A stretch of DNA of 62,228 nt from an uncultured Coxiellaceae bacterium (GTDB lineage Bacteria; Myxococcota_A; Polyangia; Polyangiales; Houyiibacteriaceae). The notes below the pieces were generated by a model. That model ran no database searches. It was not told where the DNA came from and saw only the letters and a list, made by a program, of their open reading frames with translations. A program made the position numbers and the translations under genes. Shown one piece after another: positions 16,664 to 25,456 of this stretch. The stretch is from assembly GCA_964194675.1 (NCBI GenBank), contig CAXMND010000131.1, positions 1 through 62,228 on the forward strand, written 5' to 3'. Within the stretch, counting starts at the first letter, position 1. The number at the start of each line of letters is the position of its first letter.

Positions 16664-18238
16664 ATGCCAGAAAAACACTTCTGCGCGCATTGCGATCAAG
16701 AGTTCGTTCTCGAAACCGCCGAGGATAAACCCCGCTGCCCGACCTGCATGCGGCGCGGTGGCGTCCAGTTGGTGCGGGCGCCCACTGAGAAATCGGGTGC
16801 TGGGCGAAAGTGGTTCCTCGTCTTGGTGCTGACTCTCATCGTTGCTGGCATCGGCTATGGCGCGTACCGCTCGACGGCGATCACGCTAGAAGAAGTCCCG
16901 CCAGTGCGGCCTTTAGAGCCGCGAGAGCTCTCTGCGTATCTCGAACGTGATCAGCTCGTCGTCGGGAAGCTCGAAGGGATGCTCGTGCTCCCGACTTCTG
17001 ACGATTGGCCTTTTGAGGGCGAGGCGATTGCATCGTCGATCCGTACCAAGTCGGCATCTTGGGTCCTCGATCACCCGTTGCCCCGAGAGGTCTTTACCGC
17101 TGACGAGACGCTGGCCGCATTGAATGCAGGCGAGGGGCGGCTGCGCCTCTATCCGCTCGAGGCTGCAGTGGCGATGACAGCGCTGTTGCGGGCGCAAGGC
17201 GTGCGAGCGATGGTCGCTGAGGCGTGGGAACTTGGCGAACGGACCCCTCCCGATCCATCGGGCCTGTTCGGCTATTTTCTCGTGGCCGTGTATGACGGGA
17301 ATGCGCAGGAGCCCTCTGCTTTCTTTGATCCCTGGGGCGGGCGACGCGACGTGACTGCGTCTTCTGTCCGCGTGCTCCGCGACACCGAAGCGATCGCCGC
17401 AGGGCTCGGGACCGATGCGATGCGCATTTTCGCGACGTCCGGGGACAGTGGCAAGGCACTTCCCCTCGTGGAAACGGCACTGTTGCTCGATCCGGTGTCG
17501 CCCTCGCTGCGCGGTGTGCAGGGGACGGTCCTACTGGAGACTGGCGGGGTCGCGATAGGCGCCAAGGAGCTCGAAGCCGCCCTCCAGCTTCGACCCGATG
17601 GGCCCCGGCAACTCAATGTCGTGCAGCTCTTGCTTGCGAAGGCCGCCATGTTGCAGATGGCGGGGGAAACCGCTGCGGCGGAGGCGGAGCTCAACGCAGC
17701 CAGTCGATCGATCAGTGCTGTGGTCACCGCGTGGCCGAGATACTCGCGCGCTCATCTGGTGCTTGCCATGCTTCATTTCGGGATCGACGAGCCGGAGCGT
17801 GCGCGGGCGGAGCTCGAAATCGCGGAGGAGCTGGACCCTACCAGCGCGTCTCTGTGGGCCCTTTGGGGCCAGTATTACTTGTCGCAAGAGGACTACGTGT
17901 CTGCTGCGGCGCGGGTGAGGCGCGCGGTCGAGATCGACCCCGACAATTGGCAGCTGCGTCTGCAGGTCGCAAGCGTGTTGCTCGAAGCAGGCGACGAGGA
18001 AGGTGCGCGGGTGAACGCGAAGGCGGCGCTCGATTTGGTTCCGGCCGTAAAGCGAGACGAGCTCAAGCAGTATCTCGCACGTGCTTTGGGTGCGGGGGTG
18101 CTCGGCGACGAGGCGCCTTCCGTCTTGCCTTCGGCTGCAACGTCCGGCGGACTCGTGCTGCCGGAGCCGAGTTTAGGGGGGTCGAAGCTACGTTTGCGGG
18201 ACCCCGACCAGGATCTCCAGCTCAACCTCGACGACTGA
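16664..18238 (+). CDS. zinc-ribbon / TM / transglutaminase-like / TPR repeat protein
   Basis: N-terminal CAHCDQEF...CPTCMRRG, then one TM helix (WFLVLVLTLIVAGIGYGAY). A central region resembles an inactive transglutaminase-like fold. C-terminal TPRs are present. Confidence 0.65.
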   Translation: MPEKHFCAHCDQEFVLETAEDKPRCPTCMRRGGVQLVRAPTEKSGAGRKWFLVLVLTLIVAGIGYGAYRSTAITLEEVPPVRPLEPRELSAYLERDQLVVGKLEGMLVLPTSDDWPFEGEAIASSIRTKSASWVLDHPLPREVFTADETLAALNAGEGRLRLYPLEAAVAMTALLRAQGVRAMVAEAWELGERTPPDPSGLFGYFLVAVYDGNAQEPSAFFDPWGGRRDVTASSVRVLRDTEAIAAGLGTDAMRIFATSGDSGKALPLVETALLLDPVSPSLRGVQGTVLLETGGVAIGAKELEAALQLRPDGPRQLNVVQLLLAKAAMLQMAGETAAAEAELNAASRSISAVVTAWPRYSRAHLVLAMLHFGIDEPERARAELEIAEELDPTSASLWALWGQYYLSQEDYVSAAARVRRAVEIDPDNWQLRLQVASVLLEAGDEEGARVNAKAALDLVPAVKRDELKQYLARALGAGVLGDEAPSVLPSAATSGGLVLPEPSLGGSKLRLRDPDQDLQLNLDD

Positions 18239-18242
18239 GGGA

Positions 18243-18860
18243 TCAGGCCTTTGCGGCCGCCTCTTCGATGTTACTCGCGTGAAGTAGTCGCTTCCAGAGC
18301 AAGTCGCGCCCCTCTCCCGTCACGGAGCTGTACGGTCCGACCGGGTGATTCAACTGGCGCCGGAGTGCGGTCAAAGCCGGCTTTCGTTTGCTCGCGGGGA
18401 GCTTGTCGATCTTGGTCGCCACGAGAATTGGCGCGACGTCGATGCTTTCGAGGAACTCGACGAGTTGCGCATCGTCGGGCTGGACACCGCGCCGAATGTC
18501 GATGATGACCACGGCCCCACGGAGCCCCACTCGCTGTTCGAGGAAGCCTTCGATCAGCGGGCCCCACGATTTGCGCTCCGCCTTACTGCGTTGCGCGTAG
18601 CCGTAGCCGGGAAGGTCGACGAGATCCAAGTGCGCCTCGGTTTCGTCCGTCCGGAGTCGGACCCGAAAGATGTTGATCGCACGCGTACACCCGGGCGCCC
18701 CGCTGGTTCGGACGAGCTTCTTGCGCCGCACCAAGCTGTTGATCAGGCTCGACTTCCCGACGTTGGAACGGCCGGCGAACGCGATCTCTGCGAAGGTCGG
18801 CGGTGGCAACTGTTCGAGGGCAGTGGCACCTGCGATGAACTCGGCGTCGAGCACGTCCAT
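18243..18860 (-). CDS. engB: ribosome biogenesis GTP-binding protein YihA/EngB
   Basis: AFAGRSNVGKSSLINSLV (G1), DLPGYGYA (G3) and ATKIDKL (G4). Confidence 0.9.
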   Translation of the reverse strand: MDVLDAEFIAGATALEQLPPPTFAEIAFAGRSNVGKSSLINSLVRRKKLVRTSGAPGCTRAINIFRVRLRTDETEAHLDLVDLPGYGYAQRSKAERKSWGPLIEGFLEQRVGLRGAVVIIDIRRGVQPDDAQLVEFLESIDVAPILVATKIDKLPASKRKPALTALRRQLNHPVGPYSSVTGEGRDLLWKRLLHASNIEEAAAKA

Positions 18861-18886
18861 GCGGCCTCTTTAGCGCCCTTGGCGGA

Positions 18887-20497
18887 TCACGCACGCACAC
18901 GTCGACGGATGGCGGCCCGCAGATCGCCCAGTTCGGGGGCCCGTAGAGCCGCTGTCACGGCAAGGTAGGTGAGGGCGCCGACTGTCACGGTAGCGGCGAA
19001 CACCCCGAGATTGCGTGGGTCATTGCCGCCGAGGTTCCACTCTCCAAGACGTGCCATCGACCCAACGACCACCGCCATCACGATGCTGGCAGTCACCACC
19101 CTGACGAGGCTCATACCGACCTCTCGCAAGCCGAGCCCCCCTGATCGACGCCGAAGGAGCCACAGGAGTGCTGCGAGCTGGACTACCGCGGCTGCGGTCG
19201 TGGCGGCGGCCAGACCTGCGTGCTGCATCGGCCCCATGAGTGCGAAACTAAGCGCGATGAACGTCACCAAGTTTAGCCCGCTCGCGATCACCGGGGTGCG
19301 GGTGTCATTGTGCGCATGGAACATCGGAATGATGGTGCGGACGGACGCGACAGCCCAGATTCCGCCTGCTTGCCAAACGAAGGAGCGGACTGTCTCGTGG
19401 ATCGCCGTTGCGTCGTAGCGACCCCGACCAAAGAACACCGTGATGGTTGGTTCCGCCAGTACAGTGAGAGCCACGCATGCCGGCACCGCGACGAACAGAG
19501 ACAAGCGTAGCGCGTAGCGGAAGAGGCGCTTGGCTTCTTCTTCATCGCCGTGAGCCACTGCATCACTCAAGGATGGAAGAGCCGCCGAGGCGATCGCCAG
19601 CGCGAACATCCCCTGGGGGATCTCGGCTATGCGTGCGCCATAGTAGAGATAGCTCACGCTGCCGGTCGGTAGGAACGACGCGAACAGCCGAGACAGAAGA
19701 AGATTGAGCTGATAGACGCCGAGTCCTGCCAGGAGTGGCACCATCAGGCGAGCGCACTTGCGAACGTACGGGTCGTTGAAGTCGACTCGCGGCATCACCA
19801 CAAGGTCTTCCTTTGCAAGTGCCGGGAGCTGGAAGAGCACTTGAAGGCCGCCGCCGACGAGCGCGCCGAGGGCCAACGCAAAGATCCCAGGCCAACCCAG
19901 TCGTTCCAGCGTGGGCGCCAGGAGGAACGCGGCCGCGATCAACGCTACGTTGAGAAGCGCCGGAGCGAATGCGGGCGCTGCGAAGCGTTTGCTCGCGTAG
20001 AGCGCTGCCATCAGGAGGGCAGAGACACCCATCAGAAAGATGTACGGGAACAGCAGGCGCGTGAGGGCCACGGTCGTGTCGAAGAGCGCGGGGTCTCGCT
20101 GAAAGCCCCAGGCGTAGAGCTTGACGATCCAAGGTGCGAGAACGACGCCCAACGTGGCCACGACGAGGAGGACGATCGACATGGCGCCGACCAAGTGTCG
20201 ATAGAAATTCTTCGCGCGCTCCTTGCCATCGCGTTCACGGACTTCGGTGAACACAGGGATGAAGGCCGCCGACACCGCGCCTTCGCCAAGGAGCGAGCGC
20301 AGCGCGTTCGGAATGGTGAAGGCCAGCCAGAAAGCATCGGTCGCGCCAATGGCGAAGACGGCGGCGACCACTGCGTCGCGTACGGCCCCCAAGATCCGCG
20401 AGGTCAAGGTGCCCGTAGCGACCAGACCCGCGCGGCGCACGATCTCCCCGCTCGACGTTCTAGGCGGCTTTTCGGCCATCGGCGGAAGGATGCGCAC
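18887..20497 (-). CDS. murJ: lipid II flippase MurJ (MviN)
   Basis: 536-aa polytopic protein. [43 protein letters not shown] is the conserved MurJ N-terminus. GTG start. Confidence 0.9.
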   Translation of the reverse strand: [536 protein letters not shown]

Positions 20498-20530
20498 GGG
20501 GGGACACTCCCGGCAAGAAAGCCGAACGCA

Positions 20531-21391
20531 TCAACTCGTGCTCAAGAGGCCATGCAGTTGCGCGATTTCCACGATGTATGTCGCCCCGCAATAGTCGCAG
20601 CTCATGCTCAAGGGATCGCCTTCCTCGACGAGCTCTTGAACGTCGCTTCGGTCGAGGACGCTGAGTGTCGTCATCACGCGAAGCTGGCTGCATTGACAAC
20701 CGAATCGAATGTCGCTGTTCTGCAGCCAGGTGAACGGCATACCCTCGAAGATCTGCTCGATCAAAATCGATGGCGAAGCGTCCGCGTCTTGAAGGCGCTC
20801 TTCGATTTCCACGAAACCCTCGATGCGCTTCGCCATCGTCTCCATCGCGGCCTCGGCCTTGCTCGCCTCGGGAAGCAGCTGAACGACGAAGCCGCCGGAG
20901 GCGGGTCGATCCCCTTCCAGCGTTGAGCCGAGCGATATCATCGAGACGATTTGCTCTGATAGTTGCATGTAACGCATGAAGGCTTCGGAAAGATTCCCGC
21001 TTTCAGGAACTTCGACCACGCCCCGATGCAGCTCGGCGTTTGGAAGCGTTCGCATCATTTCTAGGGTCGCCTTAGTCTTTCGAATGTCGGGCGGCGCGTT
21101 CCCCGAGCCCGACTGCAACAACCCTCGGGTCCATCCGTCGGGGTGCGAATCCGCGATGAGCTGCCCGGCGTCCTCTTCGAAGCGAACGATGCATTGAACC
21201 CTCAGCGAAGGGGCCATCGTTTCTCGGTATAGAACGGCGCTCGCCACGAGGTCGGCCATGTCGTGAGCCATGTTTCCCGAGAGTTTTTGTGCGGCGACGA
21301 TCTCGCGGGCGGTATCGGTGGTTCGAGCGGCGACGACCCGAAACGCTCCATCGTTGGTCATCGCTCGGAGGACGGCGTCGGTTTCTGGCAT
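20531..21391 (-). CDS. hslO: Hsp33 family redox-regulated chaperone HslO
   Basis: C-terminal zinc centre FGCQCSQLRV...SCDYCGATY. Start set at MPETDAVLRAM (ATG 21391) to avoid overlap with the divergent gene. Confidence 0.85.
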   Translation of the reverse strand: MPETDAVLRAMTNDGAFRVVAARTTDTAREIVAAQKLSGNMAHDMADLVASAVLYRETMAPSLRVQCIVRFEEDAGQLIADSHPDGWTRGLLQSGSGNAPPDIRKTKATLEMMRTLPNAELHRGVVEVPESGNLSEAFMRYMQLSEQIVSMISLGSTLEGDRPASGGFVVQLLPEASKAEAAMETMAKRIEGFVEIEERLQDADASPSILIEQIFEGMPFTWLQNSDIRFGCQCSQLRVMTTLSVLDRSDVQELVEEGDPLSMSCDYCGATYIVEIAQLHGLLSTS

Positions 21392-21453
21392 GTTTCTCCT
21401 GAAGCGCATTGGCGATGCGTTGGTAAGCGCTACCATTGGGCCAGGAGCCACGA

Positions 21454-22527
21454 ATGACAATCCATCGAATCGTTCTCATTCCCGGTGATGGGATTGGCCC
21501 GGAGGTAGCCGCCGCAGTGACGCGGGTGCTGCGTTCTGTTGAGGCGCCCATCGAGTGGGAGGAACAACACGCGGGCATCGCCGCCCTAGATGCGCTCGGG
21601 GAAGTGTTGCCGGATCGAACGCTCGACGCCGTCAGGGGGTATGGAATTGCGCTCAAAGGCCCTTGTACGACCCCCGTGGGGGAGGGGTTCACGTCGGTCA
21701 ACGTTCAGCTTCGAAAGCGACTCGAGCTCTACGTCGCCGTTCGACCGATTCGGAACCTACCCAGCGTTTCCACCCGGTACGAAGGCGTCGATCTGGTGGT
21801 TCTCCGTGAAAATACAGAGGGCCTCTACAGCGGTATCGAGAACGAAGTGACCGCTGGGGTGGTGACGAGCCTCAAGGTCGCGACGGAGCACGCTTCGAGG
21901 CGGATCGCACAATTCGGCTTCCAGTACGCGCGGGACCGAGGTCGGAAGAAGATCACGGTCATGCACAAAGCCAACATCATGAAATTGAGCGACGGCATGT
22001 TCTTACGATGCGCGCGGGCGATTCGTGATGAAGGCGGCTACGACGACATCGAATACCAGGAGATGATCATCGATGCCGGCTGCATGAAACTGGTCCAGGA
22101 TCCCACACAGTTCGACATCTTGCTTCTCGAGAACCTCTACGGAGACGTTCTCAGCGACTTGTGCGCCGGTTTCGTCGGAGGGCTTGGAGTCGTTCCGGGC
22201 GCCAACATCGGCAACGATTGTGCGGTTTTTGAGGCGGTCCACGGTTCGGCGCCGGACATCGCAGGAAAAGGGGTCGCCAATCCGCTCGCGCTTCTGATGT
22301 CGGCGGTCATGATGCTCAACCATCTCGCCGACACTCGTGGTGACGCCCGCTGCCGAGAACTCGGGGAGCGCATCAAGAGCGCCTACAACCGAGCGCTAGC
22401 CGATGGGCAGAAAACCCGCGACCTGGGCGGCGAGCTCGGCACCGAGGACTTCGCTACCGCCGTGATCGACCGCTTTACGGATACCGGTTTGCGCGGTGTG
22501 GGTCATAACCAACTGAAATCACGCTAG
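21454..22527 (+). CDS. NAD-dependent isocitrate dehydrogenase (isocitrate/isopropylmalate dehydrogenase family)
   Basis: IVLIPGDGIGPEV, ALKGPCTTPVGEGFTSVNVQLRKRLELYVAVRP, LRENTEGLYSG and HKANIMKLSDGMFL. AGGAG lies 6 nt upstream of ATG 21454. The last ~13 codons lie in repeat copy B. Confidence 0.85.
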   Translation: MTIHRIVLIPGDGIGPEVAAAVTRVLRSVEAPIEWEEQHAGIAALDALGEVLPDRTLDAVRGYGIALKGPCTTPVGEGFTSVNVQLRKRLELYVAVRPIRNLPSVSTRYEGVDLVVLRENTEGLYSGIENEVTAGVVTSLKVATEHASRRIAQFGFQYARDRGRKKITVMHKANIMKLSDGMFLRCARAIRDEGGYDDIEYQEMIIDAGCMKLVQDPTQFDILLLENLYGDVLSDLCAGFVGGLGVVPGANIGNDCAVFEAVHGSAPDIAGKGVANPLALLMSAVMMLNHLADTRGDARCRELGERIKSAYNRALADGQKTRDLGGELGTEDFATAVIDRFTDTGLRGVGHNQLKSR

Positions 22528-22550
22528 TTTTGGGGGCGGAGCGTGTCCCC
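22486..22550 (+). repeat. 65-bp interspersed repeat, copy B
   Basis: Reads GGTTTGCGCGGTGTGGGTCATAACCAACTGAAATCACGCTAGTTTTGGGGGCGGAGCGTGTCCCC. It spans the overlapping stops (CTAG, 22524-22527) of the convergent IDH and RND genes. Confidence 0.85.
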
Positions 22551-25085
22551 TTTTCCGCCGGCTACGCGGAGGAGGGGGGGGAGGACTAGGAGGGTGGCTA
22601 CTAGGCATCCGCCGATGGTGACCGCGATCAGCTCGCCGAAGTTTCTCACGGGGACGAACGAGCTCAAAAGGAGCACCGAAAAGCCTGCCATCAGCGTTAC
22701 ACACGAGATGACGATTGCGCGTCCGGTGCCGCGCGCTGCACGAATCAGTGCTGCCTCGCGCCCGAGTCCCGATTGCATCTCTTCGCGGAACCGGGCGAGG
22801 ACGTGAATCGTGCCGTTGACCGCCAGCCCGAGGCTGATCGAAAAGATGATCACCGTCGAGACGTTGAGCGGGATCTCGCGCCACACCATGTAGGCCATCG
22901 TTACGACGAGCGGGATCAGGTTTGGCGGGATGCTCAAGAGACCGAGTCGAATGCTCCGGAAGAAGAACGCGAGCAGCAGGAAGATGACGACCACCGCCAC
23001 GAGCAGGCTGCCCAGCAAGTCCCTGACCACCGCTGCCTGACCTCGCGAGCCAGTGTACGCCTCGCCCGTGAACGAATATGAGACGGCTTCGTCGCCACCG
23101 AGCTGAGCATCGACGACCCTTTCGAGGTCATCGAGAAACGTCATCGTGGCTTGGGCTCCGACGTCTCGAAGCTTGAATTGGACCCGTGCCTTCTTTCCGT
23201 CCTCGGTTAGCCAGGCGGCGAGTGGGGTGGGCTTGCGTTGGCTCATCATCGTGACGAGACCCTTGATCTGTTTCCCGCTCTTGAACTCCTCGGAGCGAAC
23301 GCTCGGGTCGTCGGCGAGGAGCGCGTAGGACTCGCGAAGCATGTCCCCGTAGCTCAGTGTACGAATGATTTCCGGGCGAAGGGCTGCCCAGTTTCGAATC
23401 TGCTGGATGGTCTTCACCATCTTCGGATCCGTGAAGTGGTCGTCTTCGGTGCTGACGAGCACGAGCTCGAGCGGCCGAACCCCATCGAGCTTCTCCTCGA
23501 TCAACAGTGTCGTCGTGTAGACCGGATCGGTTTCGTCGAACTGGTCGAGCAAGGCATGGTCGACCGTGATCTGGCTTGCCACGTAGCCTGCGCCTAGGGT
23601 GAACACGGCAGTGATGGCGAGCACGAGCCAGCGCCAACGGAGCAGCTTGGCGACCATGTTCATGGTCACGTTGGTGTAGATGCTATTGCGATCACGGGGG
23701 GGCGGACGCTTTGGGGGCTTTGCCCATGTGAGCACGGAGGGCACGAAGGTAATGATGATCAAGTACGAAACCATGACGCCGAGACCGGCCGTCACGCCGA
23801 AGTGACGGAGCATCACCGTTTTGGAAACGACGAGCGAGGCCAAGCCGACCGCCGTCGTGGCAGATGTCAGCATGACGGCGATCGCCATCGCGCGCACCGT
23901 GCGCTGGCCAGCTTCTCGAGCGTCCTGTTCTTCCTTCACCTCGTCGCGATAGCGCTGCACGAGATGCGTCGCATCGCTGATCCCTATGATGATCAAGAGC
24001 GGAACGATGATGTTGTTGAGGATGTTCATGGACTCACCGAACAGACCCATGGCGCCCACGACGATCAGCGCGGTGACAGCCACGGCGGCAAGCGGCATCA
24101 ATACGCCGGGGATCCAGCGGAACGACACCAGCAACAGCAGCATGCACACGAGGACCGTGACGGGGATCAAGCGCAGGTTGTCCGCCCGCATCTTGTCGAC
24201 GATCACGCTGCGGAGGTATGGCAGGCCGCCCACGTGCACGGTGATGTCTTCGAACTCGGCGCGAGCGAGGCCGTCGCGAAGATCCTCCATCGCATCTCGC
24301 ATTTCGGGCGGGCCAAGCTCCGGGAGCTGTAGGGCGATTCCAGAGACCGTGTGGTCCTCGTCGATCAATCGTCCGAGGAGCAACGGGTTGCCTTCGACGA
24401 CGCGTGCGAGTTCAGCGGCTTCCTCCTCGGTGACTTCGGTGTCGACGACGAGGGGGTCGGTCTTGAGCTCTGCGGAAAGTGCCGGGCCGGCTTTAGCGAT
24501 CCCGCCCGGGAATCGATCTGGATCGCTTTCGATGATGTCGAGCAGTGCGTTGAAGGCGTCGTCTTCGAGGTCCGCCTGACTGTTCTCGTCCTTTTGATCG
24601 AGCGCGTCGAGATCTTCTAGATCGTCGAGGTCATCGAGATCTCCCCCATCTTCGTCGTCGATCGCCTCGAGGCCCAGGTCATCGAGATCGTCGCTTCCAT
24701 CGTCATCCCCTGCGCCTTTGACGCGACGCGGAATGCTGAGGGTCGTGATGCTTGCGACTTTGTCGACCCAGGGCTTGTCGGCGAAATAGAGCGACAGATC
24801 GTGGATGTCCTGTAGAGAATCGCGAGACAGGACGTCGTCTGCCTCGACCAGCAGAAGGACGGCGGTCCGACGCTTGCCGAACCACTCCTCGAAGCGTTGC
24901 TGGATGACCGCGTATTCCTCGCCCTCGAAGGATGAAAGGAGGCTTTCGGGGGCAGGATCTGCCGTGAGCTTGGGGATCTGGGAGGCGAAGGCCAGCGTGA
25001 CGAGGACGGTGACCCCAATGACCAGTTTTCGGCGGTCTGTGACGAGATTAGCTAGCCAATCCAGCGTTTGCTGCCGTCGGGACAC
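22524..25085 (-). CDS. RND superfamily / MMPL-type transporter (HpnN-like)
   Basis: 853 aa with two 5-6 TM bundles of SSD-like organisation. Large periplasmic loops are present. An acidic low-complexity insert occupies residues ~124-176. GTG start. Confidence 0.75.
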   Translation of the reverse strand: MSRRQQTLDWLANLVTDRRKLVIGVTVLVTLAFASQIPKLTADPAPESLLSSFEGEEYAVIQQRFEEWFGKRRTAVLLLVEADDVLSRDSLQDIHDLSLYFADKPWVDKVASITTLSIPRRVKGAGDDDGSDDLDDLGLEAIDDEDGGDLDDLDDLEDLDALDQKDENSQADLEDDAFNALLDIIESDPDRFPGGIAKAGPALSAELKTDPLVVDTEVTEEEAAELARVVEGNPLLLGRLIDEDHTVSGIALQLPELGPPEMRDAMEDLRDGLARAEFEDITVHVGGLPYLRSVIVDKMRADNLRLIPVTVLVCMLLLLVSFRWIPGVLMPLAAVAVTALIVVGAMGLFGESMNILNNIIVPLLIIIGISDATHLVQRYRDEVKEEQDAREAGQRTVRAMAIAVMLTSATTAVGLASLVVSKTVMLRHFGVTAGLGVMVSYLIIITFVPSVLTWAKPPKRPPPRDRNSIYTNVTMNMVAKLLRWRWLVLAITAVFTLGAGYVASQITVDHALLDQFDETDPVYTTTLLIEEKLDGVRPLELVLVSTEDDHFTDPKMVKTIQQIRNWAALRPEIIRTLSYGDMLRESYALLADDPSVRSEEFKSGKQIKGLVTMMSQRKPTPLAAWLTEDGKKARVQFKLRDVGAQATMTFLDDLERVVDAQLGGDEAVSYSFTGEAYTGSRGQAAVVRDLLGSLLVAVVVIFLLLAFFFRSIRLGLLSIPPNLIPLVVTMAYMVWREIPLNVSTVIIFSISLGLAVNGTIHVLARFREEMQSGLGREAALIRAARGTGRAIVISCVTLMAGFSVLLLSSFVPVRNFGELIAVTIGGCLVATLLVLPPLLRVAGGKGDTLRPQN

Positions 25086-25192
25086 GAGCGTGTATGCCTG
25101 CCTAGAGAGCGGGTTTCAAGTGTTTAATCACCGGCTTGACAGCCCTCTCCGGCAGGGCTACCACCCGCGTCCCCAAGGGGAGGACATCAGTA

Positions 25193-25456
25193 GTGGCCCA
25201 GCACGCCTCAGCGAAAAAGCGAGTCCGCCAGACGATCAAGCGAACCGCACGCAATCGCAACATCCGCACCAACGTACGGACCTGTGTGAAGCGTGTGCGT
25301 GTCGCCGTCGCATCGGGCGACGCCGGCGCGGCGAAAAAGGCCCTGATCGAGGCCGTAAGCAAGATCGACGCCGCGGTTTCCAAGGGCATCTATCATCGCA
25401 AGACTGGCTCGCGACACATCTCCAGGCTGGCCCACCAGGTCAACACGCTTAGCTAG
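25193..25456 (+). CDS. rpsT: 30S ribosomal protein S20
   Basis: AQHASAKKRVRQTIKRTARNRNIRTNVRT is the S20 signature. GTG start follows GGGGAGGA. The track ORF begins upstream at 25136. Confidence 0.9.
   Translation: MAQHASAKKRVRQTIKRTARNRNIRTNVRTCVKRVRVAVASGDAGAAKKALIEAVSKIDAAVSKGIYHRKTGSRHISRLAHQVNTLS

Noticed and set aside
19841-20926. 361-aa plus-strand ORF spanning the murJ/hslO region
   Set aside because: It crosses two real minus-strand genes and their intergenic gap. Its charged low-complexity sequence indicates a shadow ORF.
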